From Priapulus caudatus (lineage: Eukaryota), in contig NW_014577075.1 in NCBI RefSeq assembly GCF_000485595.1, positions 99,021-163,020 on the forward strand: DNA of 64,000 nucleotides, read 5' to 3'. Shown one piece after another: positions 50,921 through 64,000 of the stretch. Made by a program: the position numbers and the translations under genes. The first letter of the stretch is position 1. Every line of letters starts with the position of its first letter. The notes beneath the pieces were generated by a model, which ran no database searches, was not told where the DNA came from, and saw only the letters and a list, made by a program, of their open reading frames with translations.

Positions 50921-51336
50921 AGCTGGGGGCACACGAGCGTATTTTATCGCCCGATCGCGGCGATTAAAATCGCCAGCGAATTTATACGCCCAATCACGAA
51001 GGGGCACACGTAGCGAATTTGAGAGCGTACGCGTACGCCACTCGACGGAATCACATGATCACATGATGCATCACATGATATCAACAACACGTCCGATTGG
51101 TATAAAAAAATCGATCGCTCGACAAAATACGCCGGACACGGGCACACGAGCGAATTTGCCAGTAAATAATCGCCGGCGTAAATAATCGGCCGAAAATATC
51201 TAACATTTTCGATACGGGCGATTCGTACGGGCGATTAAAATCGGCGTCGCCGTGAACGGGCACACGAGCGAATATTTCGAGCGATTTTAAAATTCGCCGC
51301 GATCGGGCGATAAAATACGCTTGTGTGCCCCTACCA
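50921..51336. mobile_element. PIF/Harbinger-type MITE inserted in the PLE terminal repeat (copy 2)
   Basis: TIR GGGGCACACGAGCGTATTTTATCGCCCGATCGCGGCGA / TCGCCGCGATCGGGCGATAAAATACGCTTGTGTGCCCC; TTA TSD. Confidence 0.85.
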
Positions 51337-51535
51337 TTATATACATACTATAACCTATATATATACATGAATGGCGCTATTGTTTTAGTTATCTATTGTT
51401 ATGTAGTTCTATAGTTCTATAGTTAAATCGATCTATTGTTCTGCTGGTCTATTGTTGTTCGGATTTTGACTTTTTTTGTTTGTTTCTAATCTTATTGCCG
51501 CCATTTATATCTGATCCGATCTATAAAAAAAAAAT

Positions 51536-52710
51536 ATCGAGCTAGTTGCACTATTTATTCTGAACAATCTATGCGACAAGTACGGAAAGGACAACATCAG
51601 GACTATACAGAGATGACGGACTCGCAATTTTCAAGAACACCACAGGTTCACACGCAGAAAGAATAAAGAAGGACATAACGAAACGCTTCCAAGAACACGG
51701 TCTGAACATTACCTTACAAGCCAACCTGAAAGTAGCAGACAACCTTGACATCACGCTTAATCTAACAAACGGATCATACCGCCCCTACAGAAAACCAAAC
51801 GACGAGCCACTCTACATCAACACGAAATTCAACCACCCACCTACCATAATTAAACAACTACCCGCAGCCATCAACCGTAGGATATCAGACATCTCGTGCA
51901 GCAAGGAAGCATTTGACAAAGCTAAGCCCCTCTACGAAAAAAACTCTAAAAACAAGCGGATTTACCGAAAACCTTACATACGCCAGCCGCAACACATCTG
52001 CACCCGCAAGAAAGAACAGAAAAAGGAACATAATCTGGTTTAACCCTCCATACAGCCAAAACGTCCAAACTAATATCGGCAAAACCTTCCTCAACCTCAT
52101 CCAGAAGCATTTCCACAAAGAACACAAATTCCACTCTATCTTCAACAAGAACAACGTAAAAGTCGCAGCTGCACGGAAAATAATTTTATAGCAACCATAA
52201 TTAACAAGCACGACAAGAAAATAACCAGCGACAACCCCGTCCCCTCCCAGAACGTATGCAACTGCCGAAAAGAAGAACAATGTCCACTCGACAATAACTG
52301 CCTCTCAACCAGCCTAGTCTGCAACGCACGCGTAACTACAGATGAAGACACCACAGGAAAGAACTACATCGGACTTACAGAGGGAACATTTAAACAACGA
52401 CACACTCAACACAAGCTATCATTTCGAAACAGAAAATACGCTAACAGCACTGAACTCTCAACGCACACCTGGAAATTCAGACACGACAAGAAAAATTATA
52501 CAATCAACTGGTCAATCATCACTTCAGCAAGCCCATACAACAACATCTCCAAAATATGCAATCTCTGTTTAGCAGAAAAACTTTACATCACTAAAGCCGA
52601 CAAATATCAAAATATCAAAATCAAAATATCAAAATATCAAAAGTCAGGCTCCTCATCAAAAGATCTGAACTAATTTCGCCAAGAGAAAAAGTATTACTTA
52701 ATGAACACGA
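51536..52710 (+). pseudogene. PLE RT C-terminal half, Cys linker and GIY-YIG endonuclease (disrupted)
   Basis: GLYRDDGLAIF, LDITLNL...YRPYRKPNDEPLYIN..FNHPPTIIKQLP, RNIIWFNPPYS, CNCRKEEQCPLDNNCL, YIGLTEGTFKQRHTQHK...STELS, CNLCLAEK, KRSELIS; several frameshifts. Confidence 0.9.
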
Positions 52711-53156
52711 AAAGCACAGGAGAAGCTGGAGAATCCTCAGCGATTTAACATCCGACCCACGCTACCACAGCTGAGCCCGTCGCCTCGACCTGCGTGCACG
52801 GGCACTGTTGCTAGATCCTCAGTGTCCTGCCACGGTCTTAGGTCACCGTTGCCACGGACAACGGCATCGACAACGGCTTGCTCTCGCGTCTCACGGTGGA
52901 TGACGGCCAGATCATCCCCGGACAGCGACGCCGCGGTGAGCGACGACCACCGCCGCACGTACAGCCACGACAGAGAAAGAGCTGACAGGGAGAGTCACCC
53001 ACGTGAGGTCGCGGGGACGTGGAAGGAGGTCACGGTACGGCAGCATCCTATCCGCGGCAGCGGCGGCGGCGGAGTGCTGCAGCGTGTGACGTAAACTAAC
53101 GCGTTTTCTCGCGCGACACTTTTAATAATGGCTATGCACTTCACGATACATATCTA

Positions 53157-53196
53157 CAATAGCTAATAATACCTAATAAGGTATTATTAGCTCTTG
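53157..53196. mobile_element. 40-bp miniature TIR element
   Basis: CAA(T)AGCTAATAATACCT / AGGTATTATTAGCTCTTG; 7-bp TSD ATATCTA. Confidence 0.7.
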
Positions 53197-56100
53197 ATAT
53201 CTATAACATCTCTTTACCTCTAAAAAACACATTTATAATAGGCTCAACACTTCATGACTATCACATCTTTCTTCATGCTTCTCTCGACATCTCTACAACA
53301 CATATATATATATATAATATATATTTACTGCTAGATGCATCTGTTCACTCGTGCTTATACGATGTATAGAACAGCTCTGTATGTTGTCGCAATCCTATAC
53401 GCGATACTCTATAGTGGCGCTCTATACGTACATGCCGCTATATGTAGATTGCGTCATCGCGCGTGTGTCAGTTGTCGGTTCGTGAGAAATCCAGCACGTG
53501 TTTACTCGCCCGCCGATCATGTATCCATCTATCGGCCACGCTCGCGCACAATAGCCATTTGTTTGGGCTATTTCGCATTAAGGTAGATCAGCGAGCGCGA
53601 CCATAATGCAAATAGTCATTAATAAATGAGTTTATCATAGCTGCACGCGCGCAGCAGCAGCAGCGAGTTGAGCAGGTAGCCGGTGCGCACAGGTGGTCCG
53701 CCGTGGCTGCCTGAATTACGCATAATATCTATTACTGATAACATCTAATGTCCATGCAGGGTCTTGCAGCCGCGCGCGCACTGTTGTTAGCCTGTACTCT
53801 GAATGAGGCATTGTGTGTGGTTGCATGGAATGATTTCACAATGCGTGCATCAATAATCATGCTATCTGCGGCGGACGCAATTAATACGTTAACACGGATA
53901 GGCTGTATATAAGCAATATATAATATATAATATGCATGGCGCCCCCGCACGCGCCTGCCTTACGCCTCGGCGGCGCATTGTGAGTAGTGCAGATAGCGTA
54001 AGCAGCTTCTTAAGGGTGAGGGAGGGGTAGTGAGTCTTCATCTTCAAAAATGCTCGTGCACTGGGTGAGTGCGTGAGTGGGTGCGTGCGTGCGTGTGTGT
54101 GCGTGCGTGCGTGTGTGTGCGTGCGTCTAAGCTGTCACTTCTGTGCAAACAGGTGGGTAGCACTGAGGATACAATGGCGTGCAAGTAGTGCCCCTCCCTA
54201 ACCCTCCAGCGTGCTGTCGCCTGCCCCGTCTCTCCTGTATGACACGTCCGGTCGAACATGACTACCGGCTGGCAGGGCCGGCCCCACGAGAGGCAGCCGT
54301 CGCCCCCTCTCTCTCTCTCAGCACAGATTAATGCCTAGTGTGACATTGAGCAGCATTTTATTAATGCATTCGCTTGTGGCGTCCGTCGGCCGAAAATTTC
54401 ATACAGGCGCATACCGCTGAGACCCACTTAGGGGGTGTACAGACCGCTTTATTCGCATCTGAACTGTTCCTTCTGCATGCTTGCATATGAATGGTCCATT
54501 CTATTAATTTGAGTTTGCTGTTGCCCGGGGCCGAGCGACAGGGGCTTGGCGCTTTGTATTCTCATAAAAAAACTTGTTACTGTAGCGTGATTGTGGCCAT
54601 TTTTGGTAAAAATTTCACATCTGTGAGTTTTTCACCGAAAATGCGTTTTTATGCCGCAGCTGCTGGGTTGGCGGGGCGTCGGGGGAGGGGTGCGGTGCGT
54701 CGGGGGAGGGGTGCGGTGAGTCGTCGTGGCTGGCATGTTCTTTGTCGAGTCGGGAGGTCGTTATTTAAAAAAATTATTCTCGTGTGAAAAAAAAAATGAA
54801 AAAAGAATCGCAAGTTTGCCCAACAGCTTGATAATGGCATGCATGTATTCAGCCATTTTTTCCCACCAAAAGTTTCCTCCTACTCGTATAACAGGTTTAT
54901 TAAGAATATTTATGATACTAGACTGGATATAAGCGTGGCCAACTTCTATACTTTGAATGTTCATCTTTTATTAATGAATGTGCGTTTATAAAGGCGGGAG
55001 AAGCGTTGACGAGAACAATGGCGTCAGTTGTGCAGAGAAATATTGCTTGAAGTGTCTAGATCTGTCACTCCACTCGATGCAGAGATACGAATCTCTCATC
55101 ATTTAACGATCGCGTAAAAAGAATAATCGGCTGTCATAAATAAGTCATAGCGACGGAAGCATCGTGGCAGCATACGCGTGCGAAGCGTACGCACATCGTG
55201 TATGGGAAGGATGTCTTGTTAGAAAGCATATAATTCAGTATCGTCCTTTCAGTGTGTTGCTCGCTTCAGTTCGCATCGGATTTTTGAGGTTACCTGTTAA
55301 CTGGCTTTTATTGTGAATGAAAGTGTTTTGAAACGATGATGCCTTTTTTTTCATTTTACAAAACGGGTTGTGCACGCGTAGAATTCTGATTGACAATTCC
55401 TTTGTGCGCGTGTAGGTACATTATTCGTGTAGTTGTCCGGTAGCAGTCAGCCGTTACCCGCTCACGTACGATTGTATTTCACTCGAATGCTAAACGCGAC
55501 CCATTTCGTTCTGTTAAGAGTATTCGTTGTCATATAATTGGAAATTGTCGCCCTCGATCGCCGGTAATTTTGATTGCAAACTCTAAAAAAGTCATTGATT
55601 CATTCGCTGTTATATAGTAGTGTCGTTGTTTTCATCGCCGCCGCCCTTGTGTTTATAGTGTAAACAACGCGTGGTCGCCGTCGCCACTCCCCTGTCTAAA
55701 TGTAATGAACCATAATCGTGTGCGTGTGTGTACGCGTGCTTGCGTGCGTGCGTGTGTGTGTGTGCGTGCGTGCGTGTGTGTGTGCGTGCGTGCGTGTATC
55801 TATGTGTATGCGCGCGTGAGTGCGCGCGTGTTTGTGTGTGCGCGTGCACGTGTATCTGTGTGTATGCGCGCGTGAGTGCATGCGTGAGTGCACGTGTGCT
55901 TGTGCGTTCATCATCATCCTCATCGTTTACCCAATCTAATAATAATAATTACTCTCTCGATTCTCGTGTTTGCTTAGCTAGGCGTTCCAGCGTTGATGAT
56001 TCGTATTGCCAGTGCGTGATTAGTACTTACAGAATATGTTAACAGAATTGCGTGAAATGTGGGAGACGAGATAGGGGTGGAATTCTCGTTATTTTTATAG

Positions 56101-56659
56101 TCTCATAAAAATTCCTCCATTTTTTCAGTTATATGAAATATCAGAAGATCCACAACGAAAAGAGTTTTTAGATGATCTCTTCATGTTTATGCAAAAACGA
56201 GGTAAGTGTTTCTCGGCGGTTGTTAATTCTTTGTTGAATTTTCTATTTTCACGTGTTTCATTTTATCAGTCTGGAATAACAAGATTGGTATAATTATAAA
56301 TAACTCCCAGTTTATGTGAGTTATTTCTACGCATGTTCCTAGAATTTAGCAGTAATGAATGCTCACATGTTTCTGCTCATGTGTATTTAATGTGCACATC
56401 GTGTAACTGAGAGTGGGAGCAAGCTATCATTATGTCTTTTTTAGTCAGTCATGTGGTCTATCATTCATTCATTATGTCAGGGGTATGTCGGACACAATAT
56501 CACAAGATATATTTGATATTTGTTAGGTATTTATTAGCTCGTGTTGATATGCATGTTCCAACTACCAGTTTTACTTTTAACGTACTTCATCTGACGTTTT
56601 ATGAAGATCGTGTACGAGCATACCCACAAAGTCGTAAATAATATAAATTAGAGTGTATG

Positions 56660-56694
<35 letters not shown>

Positions 56695-57521
56695 GCATTG
56701 CAATACTGTTATTGCAAAGTCAAAGTTGCAAGGGAAATATGGAGTTTTGCAGATCGCGAAATTTAGGATGTTATTCGAAACCTGGTGTTTTCGTATGGTT
56801 TGTTTCTTCTTCCTGATTATTGCCAAACAACCATGCATGTAATACTTGTGTTGCCATATGTAAAATCAGAAGTAAATAATACTAGGGTAGCGGAATCTTC
56901 CAAATTCTATTCATAGAGAGCGACTTGCTTTGAAGTCTGATTATGATTTATAAAGGAGAACTCAATTAACATAAACTCAAACATTACCTTAAACATCCAA
57001 TAAACCTCGTTCTTAATCATTTTTCCGAGGTATAATCACAAGCTACAGAGATAGACGACATCGACAAAATTCAAATAAAATACAACCAAGAAAACCAGTT
57101 TGGCAGCATCGCCACTTTGAACTATAAAAAAAAACAATAGTGACAGTTTGGCAGGGAATTTCAGCCTTATGTTTGTTTATTATCAGATTCGGGGTGTTTT
57201 ATTGACATTACATTTTACCAGATGTGATATACTATCCTCGTCGAATTCGTTCAAACCTTTCTTTGTCGAAAATTATTTCAGCGAAAACAGGATTTGTTGT
57301 TTCATGGCACGTGATATGCTCTGCACCGATTACAAAGGGTTTTTACAGCCATATAATACACACGCGCACGCACGCACGCACGCACGCACGCGCTCACACA
57401 CGGACATGCACGCACATGCACACACACGCGCACACGCACATACACACACACGCGCGCACACACACAAACACACAGAGAGAGGGAACGAGAGAGAAAGAGA
57501 GAGAGAGAGCGCGCGCGCGAC

Positions 57522-57685
<164 letters not shown>

Positions 57686-60600
57686 ATTGAGAGAGATATA
57701 ATTGTATTATAAATACAGTGACTGTTTTGCATGCGTGCAAATGCGACTAGCAAGCTGCTTCCCTTCTATTCTGTCGATCTCAGCCTCGCGCACTCTCTCG
57801 CGCGCACATGAATATCACATCACTCCCTCCCGCCTACTTACCCGAGCACGCGGTAACAGCGTTTTGCTTGCGCGGCAGCTGCCAGAATAAACCACATCAG
57901 GGAATATCTGGCCATTACCCACCGGTAGCAATTTGCGCCCCGGTATATTTCGGCTGAGAATGATTAGGCTGATTGCTTATTGAAATGTGATAAGACACGG
58001 TGAGGGTTAACACTGTGTGCGGCTGTAGCGAAGCTGTGTTCTCGTCTTGTCGCGTTCTCGGCTATAGTATAGTATGATGAATATCTATATCTATATCTAT
58101 CTATATATATATATATATATCTCTATATATATATATATCGAGAGATAGATATATGATATAATGCGTACATACTCTGAACGAGTGTAAATGCCACTATTCC
58201 GTTTATTGTGGCAACTATGCCATCCTTAACATTTTCGAATATTGGTACTAGGCGATACTCTAAGCTGGGTTTACTTTGGGCGGTGATTCCCATAATATAT
58301 CCACAATATCTACTATCGTGTAATCATGTAATATCATCTAATCGTGTAATCGTGTATTACAAACACTGGTGTCTACTATTGCCGTGTTTCGACAGCCCAT
58401 GCAGCATATAGTAATATATAATATTGATTTAAGAGTGACCCTAATCTATAGTGTTATTAGGTTAAATATTACCCATCAAATGTTATATATATATATATTC
58501 TAAATACAGCTAGTTAGTTTAAATTACTAATAATTACTAATATTTACTACTAATTACTTTTACTCTAAATAAATGTAATTAATATATTATTATGAAATGT
58601 CTGATATTTAACTAATCTAACTTGAAGCTGTGTTGTGCATGTGCCAACCTTTGGAATATAGAAATACGCACGCTAACGCATGCTACTTACCTCTGCCATC
58701 TAATAACACTTTTTGAAAATTTTGTAATAGTATCGTTTCCACAGCCAATGGCGTAGTGGCTTTTAGTTGTTCAGTGTATTCTTATCTTCATAGTAGAAGC
58801 CCTAACAATAGTAGTAGCCAGCAGGTTATCTAATGCTAGGGATGCTTGGCAATAGTATGGGTGTCGTAATAGATATATAATGTATAGAACGTAACAAACG
58901 GCAGAATTAAAGAATGTGAGAGAAAACGGGATGTGATTTAGAATCTTTGGAATGTGAAAGAACACGCTATATGATTTAGAAGCCATAGAATGCAAGGGAA
59001 CAAAGAATATGATTATGTCCATTAAGTTATTGTAGGCAAGAGAAAATAGGACACGAGATAACAAAAGATACAAATGATACAGTATTTGAGTATACGATTG
59101 TTTTTTGAGAGTGTTGTTTGGAGAAATGTTGAGTTCAAGAGTGGGCAGAATAATACTAGGCAAGTATGAAATGCTGTATATGCACATGTTGCTCTATCAC
59201 GTTCGCCTAATTAATCATGTGCATGTGTAATAATAAATTGATGGAACCAGTGATGGAACTCAGCACGAATAATATATGAGGTAACATTCAGCTGTCGGTG
59301 GAAAGTAGCAACTAATTAGAATTTTGTATTTAAAGTATTAGTAACATTTTAACCAGTATAATTATTAAAGAACATTTAGGTGAGCTTGTGATGTTCGTTT
59401 TAATACTAGGCGGAAACCACTACTTTCATTTAGAACGTGAGTACGATATCAGCAAAGGTGTGATGTATAGAACGTATAGAAACTGTATGTGTCGAGTGCG
59501 AGCGTTGCTTGCGTGCGGGGATGCGTTTGCGTGTGTGCGTGCGTAATACCAGAGGTCGAGGGATGTAACGTTACATCAACATATCATTTTACTGATTGTG
59601 AACAACTGAACAGTTATTACTACTCCCTGCAGCTGCGTTCAGGATCGAAAGCTTACATCACAGTGATGCTCTCACAACTAATTCCCACGTGAAATTTTCA
59701 CTTGTGAACACGACGGCGGCAGCGGGTCTCCGCCGGAATTTTTAATGTCCGTCCCCCCACCTCCTCCTCCGCCTCTTCCCTCCTCACTCCTCATCAACTG
59801 TCGCTCGGAATTAGCCGAGATAATGTGGTTACAGAGTTCATCAAAGATGCATCGTACGCTAAGCTCGTTTGCGATCAAGCCGGGAGCATTAATCGCATTA
59901 TCGGAGTATACGCCGAACGTGTTGCCTACCTCACACACGCACACACACACACACACACCACAACACCACAGCACATTCCGCGCGGCGCGCGCTCGCGTGT
60001 ACCTGCCTGCCACGCTGTTATAATCGAGCAGATTCTGCGACCGGAAAGCTCTTGGATGCAGGCGAATTCCGGCCATCGCGCGCATGCGCACGCCGTCCCC
60101 GCGCGGCGACAGTGGACACGCGTCGCGTTGGTTCGTTCTGCTTCCAGCAGCGCCTCTGCTGCTCCGTTTATGGACACGACTTCGTAGAAACCGCTATATA
60201 CTACCTCGCGTGTTGCACACGGGGTGAGTATGCGGCGCGTGCGTGTGCCGTCCGTGCGTATGCGTGCGTGTGTGTGTGTGTGTGTGGTGTTGCGCGCGTG
60301 TGTTGCGTGTGTGCGGGTGCTGGTGTGGTGTGTGTGTGTGTGTGTGTGTGTGTGGCGTGTGTGTGTGGCGCGTGGTAGTGCGTGTGTGTGTTTGGGGGGA
60401 GGGGGGCAAATGATTAAATAATACATCTCGCACGGACAACACGAGAGACGCATGTTGATATATTTATTTTATAGAGCTGGGAAAAATGCCAGCAGTGCGT
60501 GCGTGCGTGCGTGCGTGCGTGTGCGTGCGTTCGTGTGTGGGTGCAGACGCCGGCAAAAGCCGCGCGAGATCCGTCGGTATCCATGCGAATAACTCTCGGA

Positions 60601-62074
60601 GGAACCGCTCTCTGTTTCCCTCGCAGGGATGAGATGATGGGCGAGAAGGGGAGGGGAGAGGGGAGCACTGCACACACTTATAAACAAGAAGCCAGCGCGC
60701 GTCGAAAAACCGCCATCATGATTTTCAACTTTATAAATAGTCACGGCCGCGCGCGCTGTTTTTCTATCGTATGCGCGCGGCGTCAGAACATTATGAGTAT
60801 TCGCTCAGATTTGGCGAATAAATTCCCGCTCAACAAAATGGCCTCTGCGACGTGCGCGCGTGCGCGTGCGTGCTATTTATAAAGAGCTGCGAACAGCTAG
60901 TATTTCACTAATACAGAAAGAACGCGGTTTGATACTGGAATTTTGCAAAAAGCTCGCCAAATGGCTCCGGCAGATAATTTTAGAGTCGGAAGTTTAAATC
61001 GCGGGTCCGTAAGAAAACGGTGTCAGCCGAATATATCACCCCTCCTTATATACGTATAATGGTGTATAAGGTGTGTGGTCATACACACACACGCACACGG
61101 GCACGCACGCACACACATACACACACACACGTACACACATACACACGCGCGCGCTCACGCGCGCACACGCACACACGCACGCACGCACACCCTGAGTGAC
61201 CGGTGGGAAATGTCAATAGCCGGTGACTGGGCGCTCACGGCGGTCAGTGCCACCTCCTCTACATGCATACACGCATCTTCACGAAGGCTTAAGCTGCCGA
61301 GGGTAAAGCGCGTGAGTCGACGATACATTTGTTTAGACGCTGGCCGCGCTTTTGTCTGCGATGATGGCTGCTACCCCCTCCCCCCCCACACCCACACCCA
61401 CACAGCATTCACATCCTAGTCATCATCGTCATCATCATCATCATCATCACCGTCATCATCATCCTCATCGGCCACATGCGAACAGGTCTTCGCATTCGTC
61501 ATGTAAGACTTAAAGCAACTATTTCGAGAGTTTTTCAGTGTTTTCACCACTTTCATGACACCTACCGTTATCGCTTGAGTAACAGCAATTGTCTAGAGTA
61601 ACAATAAAATGTCTTAAAACCTTCGTATTCACCAAAAAAGTGATTAAAGAGATTAAAGAAGCGAGGGGCGGTGGAAAAAAATGCGCACCACTCGTGCGCG
61701 GGGGAAAAATTCTAGGTGCCGGGTCAGAACATCTGCACTAGAACCGCTATGACGGGGGAGGATGAGGGGGCGGAGGTGGGAGGGGCGGAGGGAGGAAGGG
61801 TGGAGGGAGGAGGTGACAAGGGTGCAGGTGCTTCGCAGCGACGAGCGAGGCAAGCAAGGGTGAAGGGAGCGGTAGAATGAAATATATCTCGATGACCGCT
61901 CGTATTCATGTTAATGGCACATCGCGAGTCGGCGGCCAAAAATAAACTCCATAAAGTCGGTCTGTTTGCATGCGAGCGGTGTATAAGGCGGATGACTTTA
62001 TTGCTGCATGTACAGCTAGCTAGTATGGCGACTGGGGTGCGAAGTGGAATTAGCACACGAAGGGTTCTGCCGGA

Positions 62075-62159
62075 AGAGCGAGAGAGAGACCGAGAGAAAG
62101 GAGCAGTGTAAGACACAGACAGAGAGAGAGAAAGTGAGAGAGGAGCAGTATGAGGGAGA

Positions 62160-62219
<60 letters not shown>

Positions 62220-62233
62220 AGAGAGAGAAGAGC

Positions 62234-62283
<50 letters not shown>

Positions 62284-63467
62284 GCCAGAGAGAAGAGAGA
62301 GAGACGAGAGAGAGAGAGAGCAGATGAGGAGCACGCAATGAGAGAGAGAGACGACGATGAGACGAGGACAGAGATGCAGTAGAGAGGAAGGAGAGAAGCA
62401 TAAAGAGAGTGAGGAAAGAGAGCCAGCATGAGATATGAAGCAGTACGAGAAAAAGAGGGAGGTTGGGAGGGACGACAGAGAGAAGAGGATGTGCGCAAGT
62501 AAGAACGGTGAGATGGGGAAAGAAAGCGAATGAGCGAAAAAAAGAGGGGAAGGGTGTGTGGGAGCGGAGAGAAGAAGAAAGAGAGCTGCGTCGCGCTAAA
62601 CTCGCATTGACAAATGTCTGTTTTACCCCGCCCGAAACAGGTTTATGCAGTTTCAACCAATCTGGCAAACACGTTTCACAATTAGATCCCCGCGCATAGA
62701 ACCGTGACGGGAAGCCTCTTGCAATAATAAATCGATCACAAAAGCTTTGCGGTGTCCCTCCATAGTCCGGCACGGCTTAAAATGTTTGCCAAGCGCGTGC
62801 ACGGATGAAGCGTTTTCCTACGTTACCGCCGCCGTCTTCCGCGTGATTGGCAGTTTTTTCTTCGTCTGGTATTAAAATGGTAGGCATCACAGCAGCGCTG
62901 CGCTCTCTCCTCCTCCCTTCCCCGGCATCTCTGGATGCTCGCTCTCTCTCTCTCTCTCTCTTCTCCTCTCTACGTCTCTGCTCTCTCCTCTTTCGTCTGC
63001 TCGTCTCCTTCGTCTTCTCTCTCTCCGTCTCTTTCTCTCTCTACTGGCTCTTGTTCTTTCTCTCGTCTCTCTTTCTCCTTTCTCAGCGAAGTCTTCTCTC
63101 GGTCTCTTTCTCTCTCTCCGCTCTCTCGTTCTCTATTCTCGTCTCGGGTCGTCNNNNNNNNNNNNNNNNNNNNNNNNNNNNNNNNNNNNNNNNNNNNNNN
63201 NNNNNNNNNNNNNNNNNNNNNNNNNNNNNNNNNNNNNNNNNNNNNNNNNNNNNNNNNNNNNNNNNNNNNNNNNNNNNNNNNNNNNNNNNNNNNNNNNNNN
63301 NNNNNNNNNNNNNNNNNNNNNNNNNNNNNNNNNNNNNNNNNNNNNNNNNNNNNNNNNNNNNNNNNNNNNNNNNNNNNNNNNNNNNNNNNNNNNNNNNNNN
63401 NNNNNNNNNNNNNNNNNNNNNNNNNNNNNNNNNNNNNNNNNNNNNNNNNNNNNNNNNNNNNNNNNCT

Positions 63468-63520
<53 letters not shown>
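62075..63520. repeat. (GA)n and (CT)n microsatellite tracts, the latter spanning a gap
   Basis: Directly visible at 62075-62400, 62940-63153 and 63466-63520. Confidence 0.85.
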
Positions 63521-63523
<3 letters not shown>

Positions 63524-64000
63524 CTCACGTCTCGGCCTCCCTCATCGTTCTCTCCCTCATCTCTACCCCTGTCGCTTCCTTCCTTATACATTGCTTCACT
63601 CTATCGCTCGCTGCCCACTCCTCCTATCTCCCTCTACCATCTCTTCCTCACTCGTTTCTCCTTGCCCAATCTCTCCTGCCATTGCTCCCTTCCCTATTTC
63701 CTCCTCCCTGATAACTGTCTCCTTATTAAAAGTAATCAGTGTTTGTACTAATTCGGCCCTGCGTCATTCCTTCCCTCCCTGTCTCCTTCTCTTCTCTCTC
63801 CAACCATCCATCCCCCATGACTCCCTTTCCCTATACGCTTTCTCCTCTCCATCTCCCACCGCTTTCTCTTCTATATCTCCCTCCCGTGAAAAGTAACCAG
63901 TGTTTGGACGGCTGGCAGCCCGCGCCGCTTTTAGTTGCCATCTGATGTTGTTACTGGATACAGCAATAATGACATCACCACTAGGAATTCCTGCAGCCTT

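Larger units (their letters stand above)
50815..53122 (+). mobile_element. Penelope-like element copy 2 (cleaner sequence)
   Basis: Same inverted left arm, same MITE insertion and same 5' truncation point as copy 1. Confidence 0.85.

Noticed and set aside
51536..52710. Selenoprotein-encoding Naiad PLE
   Set aside because: The endonuclease is C-terminal and the conserved cysteines use TGC/TGT, not TGA.
61724..63896. 349-aa ORFs near the right end
   Set aside because: They consist of (GA)/(CT) microsatellites and Ns.

Overview
Eukaryotic draft-assembly DNA, intron-rich and microsatellite-rich, consistent with an invertebrate animal. It has five N gaps (5576-6066, 14628-14637, 34114-34719, 37116-37140, 63154-63465) and several indel-rich stretches that look like uncorrected long-read gap fill. 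Two housekeeping genes lie head-to-head. Holocarboxylase synthetase / biotin-protein ligase (HLCS, minus strand, CDS 18747->4701) has 10 visible coding exons plus one catalytic exon probably hidden in a gap. The U3 snoRNP protein MPP10 (MPHOSPH10, plus strand, 23995-30200) has 10 coding exons and is complete. HLCS as assembled is scrambled: a ~2.2 kb block (4921-7144) carrying its penultimate exon is inverted, and a ~2.1 kb block is duplicated across a 10-N gap. The right half has no recognisable host gene. It holds two copies of a 5'-truncated Penelope-like retroelement (RT C-terminus, CxCx5Cx5C linker, GIY-YIG endonuclease). Both copies are joined to an inverted terminal repeat that carries a minimal type I hammerhead-ribozyme motif, and a sense copy of that repeat lies downstream of the first element. 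Other repeats include nested MITEs with TTAGGG tracts, ultra-short (40-60 bp) TIR elements with 7-8 bp TSDs, a Helentron-associated element and a decayed LINE. No CRISPR array, rRNA or tRNA was recognised.
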